From the NCBI GenBank assembly GCA_041484785.1, contig JBGPIH010000002.1:1-60976 (forward strand): a stretch of 60,976 nucleotides of DNA, written 5' to 3'. Both the position numbers and the translations under genes were made by a program. Within the stretch, counting starts at the first letter, position 1; each line of letters starts with the position of its first letter. The notes beneath the pieces were generated by a model. The model ran no database searches. It was not told the DNA's origin and was given only the letters and a program-made list of their open reading frames with translations. This DNA is from Candidatus Limnocylindria bacterium (GTDB lineage Bacteria > Chloroflexota > Limnocylindria > Limnocylindrales > CSP1-4). This document shows, in pieces, positions 54,582 through 60,976 of the stretch.

Positions 54582-55445
54582 TCAGGAGAGGGTCGAGCCC
54601 CGGCCCTGACCCTGCCCGCCCTGGTCGCGCAGGAATCGCTCGATGTCCGAGATCAGGTCGTTGCCCGACGGAAGACGCTGCTCGTCGTACATCGCCTCCA
54701 GCCGTTCCACGTACGTCCGAGTCGTCTCGTCGAGCGCCGTCGCCGCATCGAGGCGGGTGCGCAGCTCGCGCGCTTCTTCCTCGAGCTCGAGCGCGGGAAT
54801 ACTCGTTCCGAAGTGGTTGCCGAGGGCGCGCAGGAGCTCGAGCGCGGCGGTCGCGTACGGGCCCGAGACGTAGTGCGGAACCTGGGCGAAATAGCCGAGC
54901 GCCGGAATCCCCGCGGCCGAGACCTCCAGCTCCAGCGCCGAGACGAGCGCCGAGGGAACACGCAGCGTGCCGGCTGGGCCGGCCATCACGTCGCCGCGCA
55001 ACAGGCCTGCTGACGCCTCGGTCCCGAGGATCGGCACCGGCCGGGTGTGCGGGACGGCTGCCGGAATGGCCCCCAGGCTGATCCATTCGGCCACGCCGAG
55101 ACGATGGCTCAACTCGACCATGGCCGTGCTGAAAGCCCGCCAGCGATAGTCCGGCTCCGGCCCGACGAGGATCAGGACGTCGCGCTCCGCGAGGCGCGTG
55201 CGACGGACCTTCAGCTCGTGCCACGTCAACTCGGTCAGCCGCCCATCCACGATCTCGAGCGGTGGCCGCCGGGCGCGATAGTCGAAGAGCCGGTCGGCGT
55301 CGAACGTGGCCACGGCCGCCGCGTCGTCGGCCAGGTGGGCCAGCGCGGTCGTGGCCGCCGACCCCGCGTCCACCCAGCCGTCGAACGCGGCCACGAGCGT
55401 CGGCGAGACGAGGTCGCCCGGATCGTCGATCGAAAGGAAGCTCAC
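54582..55445 (-). CDS. PAC2 (proteasome assembly chaperone 2-like) family protein
   Basis: The start is GTG 55445 (VSFLSIDDPG...). The family pattern is LVAAFDGWVDAG...LILVGPEPDYRW...LGAIPAAVPHTRP. Confidence 0.75.
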   Translation of the reverse strand: MSFLSIDDPGDLVSPTLVAAFDGWVDAGSAATTALAHLADDAAAVATFDADRLFDYRARRPPLEIVDGRLTELTWHELKVRRTRLAERDVLILVGPEPDYRWRAFSTAMVELSHRLGVAEWISLGAIPAAVPHTRPVPILGTEASAGLLRGDVMAGPAGTLRVPSALVSALELEVSAAGIPALGYFAQVPHYVSGPYATAALELLRALGNHFGTSIPALELEEEARELRTRLDAATALDETTRTYVERLEAMYDEQRLPSGNDLISDIERFLRDQGGQGQGRGSTLS

Positions 55446-55528
55446 CCTCGAAGGATAGGCGACGATCGCGGCGCAGGCCGGTACACTCGCCCAACGCACC
55501 CGACAAGGACCCATCGAAAGGACGGAAC

Positions 55529-55789
55529 GTGGCCAGGCATTCCAAGCATGAGCGCGAGCGTCGCCGCGCCGAGACCGAGCGCGTGAAGCAGATCGAAGCC
55601 GCCTGGCTGGGCAGCCTCCCGCCGGCCGCCGCCAAGGCGTTTGCCGAATCCGTTGCGGCAGCCCGCGCCCGCGCCCCACAGGAGAAGCGACCGGACATGG
55701 CCCCGGGCACGCTGCCTCGCCCTCCGCGCCCCGGGCACGAGCCCAAGCCGCCAAAGGAAGAGCGACCCCGCCGACCCAGCCGCGACTGA
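55529..55789 (+). CDS. small basic hypothetical protein (86 aa)
   Basis: The start is GTG 55529 and codon usage is GC3-rich. The product is Arg/Lys/Pro-rich (ARHSKHERERRRAETERVKQ...), and no domain was recognised. Confidence 0.4.
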   Translation: MARHSKHERERRRAETERVKQIEAAWLGSLPPAAAKAFAESVAAARARAPQEKRPDMAPGTLPRPPRPGHEPKPPKEERPRRPSRD

Positions 55790-55810
55790 CCGCCTGCGTC
55801 GGGCCGAGCC

Positions 55811-56386
55811 GTGGCATCCAACGACTACCACTTCGTCACGACCTGGCGGGTGGCCGCCTCGCCCGATGAGATCAGCGCCGTCCTCGGCGACGCGGCGAGC
55901 CTGGCGCGCTGGTGGCCCTCGGTCTACCTCCAGGTGCGGGTCCTGGAGCCCGGCGACGAGACCGGGATCGGCAAGCTGGTCGAGCTGTGGACCAAGGGCT
56001 TCCTGCCGTACACCCTGCGCTGGCGCTTCAGGGTCACCGAGTCGGAGCCGCCGACCGGCTTCAGGCTGGACGCCGAGGGCGATTTCGTGGGACCAGGGAT
56101 CTGGACTCTCCGCGAAGAGATCGGCGATGGCCAGCCCGGGGGACCGCTGACCACCGTCGTCTATGACTGGCTGGTCGTGGCCGAGAAGGGCGTCCTCAAG
56201 CGCCTGTCGGTCATCATGAAGCCGCTCTTCTCGGCCAACCACCGCTGGGCGATGGCTCGAGGCGAGGAGAGCCTGCGCCTGGAGCTTGCCAGGCGGCACG
56301 CGGCCAACGACCGGACGATCGCCGCCGCGATTCCTGAGCCGCCCGGACCGACCTTCCCGCACAATCTCGGCCGGCGTCGCCCCTAG
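55811..56386 (+). CDS. SRPBCC (START/polyketide cyclase-dehydrase-like) family protein
   Basis: The pattern YHFVTTWRV.ASPDEISAVLGDAASLARWWPSVY... is typical of the SRPBCC ligand-binding fold. Confidence 0.75.
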   Translation: MASNDYHFVTTWRVAASPDEISAVLGDAASLARWWPSVYLQVRVLEPGDETGIGKLVELWTKGFLPYTLRWRFRVTESEPPTGFRLDAEGDFVGPGIWTLREEIGDGQPGGPLTTVVYDWLVVAEKGVLKRLSVIMKPLFSANHRWAMARGEESLRLELARRHAANDRTIAAAIPEPPGPTFPHNLGRRRP

Positions 56387-57162
56387 CTCGGCGAGGGCGA
56401 TCCGCTCGGGGTCGTCGACGGGGGAGCCACCGATGACGAAGGCGCCGGTGCGCCGGCCGCCGGGAGCGCGGACAGGGCGGCGGCCGCGATCGACGGATCG
56501 GCCGTCTCGATGTCGAACACCACGCCGTCGCGGACGTACCAGTAGCTCAGCGAGGACCCGTCACCGAAGTCGCCGGTGGTCACCTGGAGGCCGCCGATCG
56601 TGGTCTGGGTGACCTTGAGATCCGGGTAGTCCCCTTTCCAGGCCGCGATCATGGCGTCGCGCAGGGCGGGCGCATCCACGCCCGCCACCCGGAAGGCGCC
56701 CGCGCTCAGATCCAGCGATCCGGCCGCATCGTAGGCCTGCGATGCCTGCAGGTCGGCGGCGGTCTTCCCGGCTCCGGTCAGGTACGTCGTGAGCGACGTG
56801 CTCCAGCTGTCGTCGCCCAGGATCGTATCGCCGGTCCAGCTCTCCCTGGTCAGCGTCGTGCCCTTCAGCTCGGCCGGGAGCATTGCCTCGAGATCCGCGA
56901 CCTCATGGCTCTCGATCGGCGGTTCGACGCTCGCGTCCTCGCTCGGGATGGGCTCGTCGGATGGCGAGGCGGCCGCGACTTCACCGGTCTGCGCCGGACG
57001 AAGGGTGATCACCGCGACCGTGGTCCAACCGGCCGTGGCCGCGATCAGCGCGACGATGGCGAGGGTTTGCCAGAAGCGGAGACGGCTCGATGGCGGCGGC
57101 GTCGGGCGACCCTCCTCGACCGCGGCTCGTGCGCGGCGCGCCTGAACTCCACGTTCGCGCAC
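56383..57162 (-). CDS. membrane-anchored extracytoplasmic hypothetical protein
   Basis: It has a basic N-terminal tail, a single TM helix (FWQTLAIVALIAATAGWTTVAVI), an extracellular domain and a Ser/Pro-rich C-terminus. Confidence 0.6.
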   Translation of the reverse strand: MRERGVQARRARAAVEEGRPTPPPSSRLRFWQTLAIVALIAATAGWTTVAVITLRPAQTGEVAAASPSDEPIPSEDASVEPPIESHEVADLEAMLPAELKGTTLTRESWTGDTILGDDSWSTSLTTYLTGAGKTAADLQASQAYDAAGSLDLSAGAFRVAGVDAPALRDAMIAAWKGDYPDLKVTQTTIGGLQVTTGDFGDGSSLSYWYVRDGVVFDIETADPSIAAAALSALPAAGAPAPSSSVAPPSTTPSGSPSPS

Positions 57163-57268
57163 GGCTTCTCCTCGATCGGGGCCGCCACGGGACCCGGGCC
57201 ACGTAGCCTAGGCCTTTTGGCTGAGACGCCCCTGAGATGGCCACGTCGATCCGGCTGGACCGCTGACT

Positions 57269-57646
57269 TCAGGTTTGTCGAGGCCAGGGCGCGGGACGTG
57301 CCGGGCCATGGGGGAGGGCGTCCCAGTCGCCCCTCGGGGGCGAGAACACGTCGATGACCACGGCCCCCTCGGGACCCACGTCCACGTGATGGGCCGCGCC
57401 GGACGGGATGCGCCATGAGCCGCCCGGTCCCAGCTCGCGCGTCTCGTCGTCGATCGTGAAGGTCACCCGGCCGGTAACGACCATACCCAGCTGCTCGTTG
57501 TCGTGCCGGTGTTCGGGGACGTTCGCGTTTGCTGCGAGCTCGACGAGGGCGAAGGTGATCCGGTCACCCTCGATCCGACGAGCGCGGACGGTCTCGCCCC
57601 AGACGTCAATCACCGGGACCGTGTCGAAATCGACGAGGTTGCTCAC
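57269..57646 (-). CDS. cupin-domain protein
   Basis: RBS AGGAGG lies 4 nt before GTG 57646. The cupin motifs are PEHRHDNEQLGMVVTG and G.WRIPSGAAHHV. Confidence 0.8.
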   Translation of the reverse strand: MSNLVDFDTVPVIDVWGETVRARRIEGDRITFALVELAANANVPEHRHDNEQLGMVVTGRVTFTIDDETRELGPGGSWRIPSGAAHHVDVGPEGAVVIDVFSPPRGDWDALPHGPARPAPWPRQT

Positions 57647-57849
57647 GGGGCCTCCTGGGTTCTGTGGGTTAGCCGCCTTCCACCATATCGCCATGCGGCC
57701 CGAACGTCTGAGCGCGCGACCGCGACCACCTCACGTGGGCGAAGGGGTGAATCCCGCCTGGAATCCTGACAGGACCTGGCATGTACCGACGTCATGATCC
57801 GGGTATCAGATGCGATCGGAAGAGTCGCCGCACCGGAGGTCCGCGTCCC

Positions 57850-58029
57850 ATGTTTCAGCTAGGCCTTGCCTACATCATCCAGGCCGATCGCGAGCGCGAG
57901 ATGGCTGAACGGATCCGTCAGCGACGGCTCCTCAAGCCGGAGCTCGATACGCCGCCGGCAGATCGGCCGGCCGTCCGCCACGCGGACGAGCGGACGCCGC
58001 GAGCCAGGGCCCGGGCGACCGGCAGCTGA
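57850..58029 (+). CDS. 59-aa sORF, paralog of 47713..47895
   Basis: RBS GGAGG lies about 10 nt upstream of ATG 57850. The product begins MFQLGLAYIIQADREREM... and ends ...ARATGS. It matches the other sORF at 12 of the first 18 residues and has a similar C-terminal ...A(R)xTG(A/S). Confidence 0.5.
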   Translation: MFQLGLAYIIQADREREMAERIRQRRLLKPELDTPPADRPAVRHADERTPRARARATGS

Positions 58030-58044
58030 GCAGGGGATGGGCAA

Positions 58045-58061
58045 GCCGCCGAGGGGGCGGC
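58045..58061 (+). terminator. short GC hairpin downstream of the sORF (GCCGCC-GAGGG-GGCGGC), no U-tract
   Basis: Hand-checked: a perfect 6-bp stem with a 5-nt loop, 16 nt after the stop codon. Confidence 0.25.
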
Positions 58062-58139
58062 TGCCCCCGGGAGGAAGCAGGGTCCGTCCTCGGCGCAACG
58101 GATACGGCGGGCCACCCGTTGAGGACGCCCGGAGGTAGT

Positions 58140-58437
58140 GTGTGCTCGCGCGGATTCGGACCCATCCCCTGGGGACGATCGAATGACGACAACGCTCGGG
58201 TCCTCGATCTCGAGGAGCCGTGGAAGTTGATCGCCAGGGGGCGCGACTGACCTGCTCGCGCCGCAGGTCCCCTACGAGCAGGTCGGCGACGTCCCGAATG
58301 GCGTCTTCCCGTGCGCGGCCCTGGTCGATCGCGATGCGGACCGGCTCACGATCTACTACGGCGCGGCCGACACGGTCACCTGCCTCGCCCACGGCCGCCT
58401 GTCCGAGGTCCTGGCCTCCGTCCGCCGCCAGGTTTGA
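58140..58437 (+). pseudogene. 5'-truncated, frameshifted remnant of a GH130-family glycoside phosphorylase/hydrolase gene
   Basis: Two frames joined by a +1 shift near 58248 read ...ARVLDLEEPWKLIARGRD / DLLAPQVPYEQVGDVPNGVFPCAALVDRDADRLTIYYGAADTVTCLAHGRLSEVLASV*. This resembles only the last ~95 aa of GH130 proteins. No start codon or N-terminal ~250 aa is present. Confidence 0.6.
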
Positions 58438-58442
58438 GGGCT

Positions 58443-59414
58443 TCAGGCCCTGAAACGCGCGGCGAGCCAGTGCAGCTTGGCCACGTCGTGGAAGCCCTGG
58501 CCGCCCTCGTGGTCGTTGAACGGGTACTCGCGGATCTCCTTCGGACCGCCGTACGCGTTGTAGGCGGCGAAGACGGTCGAGGGCGGGCAGATCTCGTCCA
58601 TCAGCCCGACCGAGAACAGCGCGGGGGCCGCCGCTCGCCGCCCGAGGGTGGCCACGTCGAAATACGACAGCGTCCTGAGCGCCTGCTCGACATGGTTCCG
58701 GTGGGCCTTGAGGTAGCGGACGATCTCTCCGTACGGGTCGCTGTCGGCGAACGTGATCGCCCGCGGGAAGTCGCTGAGGAACGGCACGTCGGGCATGGCC
58801 GCCGCGATGTCCGGGACGAGCGCCGCGACCGCGATGGCGATCCCGCCGCCCTGGCTTCCGCCCGTCACGGCCATCCTGGATGGGTCGACCTGCGGGTGCG
58901 TCCGGGTCGCCTCGATCGCCCGAACCGCATCCGTGAAGACCCTTCGGTAGTAGTAGGTCAGCGGGTCGAGCACGCCCTGCGTCATGAAGCCCGGATGGAA
59001 TGGAGCGCCGGCGGCGTCAGGGTCCGCCGTATCGCCGACCGCCCAGGTCGAACCCTGCCCGCGCGTGTCCATCACGAAGTGGGCGTAGCCGGCCGCCGCC
59101 CACATGACCCGCTCGTGCGGGAGCCCGCGGCCGCCACCGTAGCCGAGGTACTCAACGACCGCCGGCAGCGGCCCGGGGCGACCCACCGGCAGGTGGAGCC
59201 AGGCCCGGACCGGTGAACCGCCGAAGCCCGCGTAGCTGACGTCGAAGGTGAATATGACCGCCAGGCCGCTGTCGATCGGCTCGAACGTGGCGCTCAGATC
59301 GTGGGTGCGCGCCTCGGCCAGGGTCGTGGACCAGAACCGATCCAGGTCCGGCGGGACGGCGAGGTCGGGGGCATACGAGCGGAGCTCGGCGAGTGGCAGA
59401 TCGGACTGGGGCAA
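58443..59414 (-). CDS. acetylxylan esterase / cephalosporin-C deacetylase (CE7, AXE1 family)
   Basis: It has the nucleophile motif GGSQGGG and the family N-terminus DLPLAELRSYAPD. I prefer the TTG 59414 start after GAAGGGAG; the ORF-track ATG is at 59546. Confidence 0.85.
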   Translation of the reverse strand: MPQSDLPLAELRSYAPDLAVPPDLDRFWSTTLAEARTHDLSATFEPIDSGLAVIFTFDVSYAGFGGSPVRAWLHLPVGRPGPLPAVVEYLGYGGGRGLPHERVMWAAAGYAHFVMDTRGQGSTWAVGDTADPDAAGAPFHPGFMTQGVLDPLTYYYRRVFTDAVRAIEATRTHPQVDPSRMAVTGGSQGGGIAIAVAALVPDIAAAMPDVPFLSDFPRAITFADSDPYGEIVRYLKAHRNHVEQALRTLSYFDVATLGRRAAAPALFSVGLMDEICPPSTVFAAYNAYGGPKEIREYPFNDHEGGQGFHDVAKLHWLAARFRA

Positions 59415-59608
59415 CGGCTGGGCTCCCTTCTCCTCGACGCGCGGGCCGTCTGGCCGCTCGAGCAGGTCGACCCGGACAGGGTAGCCGTGGCGCTGGTCCA
59501 CGTGCGCCGCCCGGCCGCAACCATGCCGGGCATCGGTGACGTCCACGTGTCAATCCCTTGACGATCGCGTGACGGGTCCCGACGGCGGGCCGGCGATGGA
59601 CGAGTACG

Positions 59609-60790
59609 ATGCGGGTCATGCCCGTTCTCGTGCGGGGCGCCATCCTCGCCCTCATCGTCAGTGCGCTCGTGGGTCCCGCCCAGGGCGCGGCCGCCATCAC
59701 CCCATCCCGGATCCACCTGGGGATGGTTCCGCTTGCCAGCGGTCTCTCGAATCCCCTCCTGCTGACCAATGCGGGCGATGGCTCGGGTCGCCTGTTCGTG
59801 GTCGAGCAGACCGGCAAGATCAGGATCGTCAAGAACGGCGTGCTGCTCAGCGCCCCGTTCCTCGACCTGAGCGCGTCCGTCTCGAACGGCGGAGAGCAGG
59901 GCCTCCTCGGCCTCGCCTTCCACCCGAGCTACAAGTCGAACGGCAAGCTCTACGTCAGCTATACGAACCTCAACGGCACCAGCGTGATCCGCGAGTACCG
60001 CGTCTCAGCCAACCCCGACCGGGTCAACGGATCGAGCGGCCGAACCCTCCTGCGCCTCCGCCAGCCGTTCGCCAATCACAACGGCGGGAACATCGCCTTC
60101 GGCCCCGATGGCGACCTCTACATCGGGTTCGGTGACGGCGGCAGCGCCGGCGACCCGGGCAAACGTGCCCAGAATCTAGGCGTCCTGTTCGGGAAGCTCC
60201 TGCGCATCGACGTCAACCGGCGGACCGGCACGTTGCCCTACGGCATCCCGTCGGATAACCCGTTCGTCGGACGCGGCGGCCTCGACCAGATCTGGGCGTA
60301 CGGCCTGCGCAACCCGTGGCGCTGGTCGTTCGATCGAGCGACCGGGAATCTGTGGATCGGGGATGTCGGGCAGGACGCCTGGGAGGAAGTCGACCGGGCG
60401 TCGTCGTCCGGTGGCCGGAACGCCGGTCGCGGCCTCAACTTCGGCTGGCGGGTCATGGAAGCGAGCCACTGCTACTCGCCGTCGACGGGCTGCGCCCGGA
60501 CGGGCAAGACCCTGCCGCTGACGGAGTACGGCCATACGAACGGCCGCTGCTCGATCACCGGCGGGTATGTCTACCGCGGGTCGGCGTACCCGGACCTGGT
60601 CGGCGCGTATCTCTTCGGCGACTACTGCAGCGGCGAGATCTGGTATGTCGATCGTGGCGCCAGGACCGGTACGGCCCCGATCCTAGCGCTGGACACGAAT
60701 GCGCTCATCACGTCCTTCGGCCAGGACGAAGCGGGCGAGCTCTACCTGGCCGACGGCCACGGGACGGTCTACCGCCTGACGGATTCGTGA
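59609..60790 (+). CDS. PQQ-dependent sugar dehydrogenase (soluble glucose/sorbosone dehydrogenase family), secreted
   Basis: It has a signal peptide plus GEQGLLGLAFHP, NHNGGNIAFGPDGDLYIGFGDGGSAGDP, GLRNPWRWSFD and GDVGQDAWEE. Confidence 0.88.
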   Translation: MRVMPVLVRGAILALIVSALVGPAQGAAAITPSRIHLGMVPLASGLSNPLLLTNAGDGSGRLFVVEQTGKIRIVKNGVLLSAPFLDLSASVSNGGEQGLLGLAFHPSYKSNGKLYVSYTNLNGTSVIREYRVSANPDRVNGSSGRTLLRLRQPFANHNGGNIAFGPDGDLYIGFGDGGSAGDPGKRAQNLGVLFGKLLRIDVNRRTGTLPYGIPSDNPFVGRGGLDQIWAYGLRNPWRWSFDRATGNLWIGDVGQDAWEEVDRASSSGGRNAGRGLNFGWRVMEASHCYSPSTGCARTGKTLPLTEYGHTNGRCSITGGYVYRGSAYPDLVGAYLFGDYCSGEIWYVDRGARTGTAPILALDTNALITSFGQDEAGELYLADGHGTVYRLTDS

Positions 60791-60913
60791 GATCGGCGGC
60801 TCATCCTCGGGCCCAGAACTCGTCCCGCGAACTGTCGTACCCTGACGCGGATCGCCGCCCGGCCCAGTTCCAGCAGGTCCTCGGCGGCCCGATCCATCAG
60901 GAGGCCACGATCG

Positions 60914-60973
60914 ATGGGTGACAAGACGCCGAAGCGGCCACCGAAGCCGAAGAAGCCGAAGAAGCCGGCCTAG
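60914..60973 (+). CDS. 19-aa Lys/Pro-rich micropeptide (MGDKTPKRPPKPKKPKKPA)
   Basis: RBS AGGAGG lies about 9 nt upstream of ATG 60914, and the stop TAG is at 60971-60973. The ORF is below the ORF-track cutoff. Confidence 0.3.
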   Translation: MGDKTPKRPPKPKKPKKPA

Positions 60974-60976
60974 GGC

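Noticed and set aside
51161-55445. The WYL regulator and PAC2 protein as part of a Pup-proteasome/PafBC or phage-defence island.
   Set aside because: No proteasome, Pup, Mpa/ARC, Dop or PafA genes are present, and no defence effectors either. The intervening genes are a GH3 NagZ-like lipoprotein and a Zn-metallopeptidase. This is most simply ordinary chromosomal context.

Overview
The window is a very GC-rich chromosomal segment; third codon positions are almost always G/C. Its gene content looks like a high-GC Terrabacteria lineage (Actinomycetota- or Chloroflexota-like). I can support about 60 tightly packed protein-coding genes, many with ATGA/GTGA start-stop overlaps. I recognised no rRNA, tRNA, CRISPR array, transposase or integrase.

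Housekeeping and metabolic genes:
- acs (3' fragment), moaA, a purine nucleoside phosphorylase, thyX, tag and a catalase
- a 5-gene Dpp/Opp-type peptide ABC transporter and an ABC-2 exporter pair
- a nudix-phzF-sarcosine-oxidase-like operon
- cell-wall enzymes (SpoIID/LytB, SLT-like, NagZ-like GH3, a serine hydrolase)
- a DEAD-box helicase and several hydrolases

Loci most worth a second look:
1. A 1603-aa soluble sensor kinase has six tandem GAF modules, two PAS domains and HisKA_3/HATPase. It is followed by an extra stand-alone receiver and a NarL-type regulator.
2. Convergent to that locus is a GreA-like factor. Its catalytic-tip Asp is replaced by Tyr, and it is fused to an N-terminal domain of about 185 aa with GIY-YIG-like motif order, joined by a basic linker of about 75 aa.
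3. A pseudo-receiver ParA/MinD (CpaE-like) ATPase is co-transcribed with a disordered/coiled-coil partner, with no Tad pilus genes nearby.
4. A cNMP module combines a class III cyclase-STAND-TPR protein, two divergently transcribed stand-alone cNMP-binding proteins and a flavoprotein.
5. A conspicuous AT-rich promoter island drives a 60-aa sORF that abuts a DUF2089/DUF4097 operon. The sORF has a paralog 10 kb away, next to a decayed GH130 gene.
6. Two paralogs of an uncharacterised protein family lie 43 kb apart.
7. A cluster of DnaA-box-like 9-mers sits in a 350-nt intergenic region.

All functional calls come from reading motifs in the translations; no database search was run.
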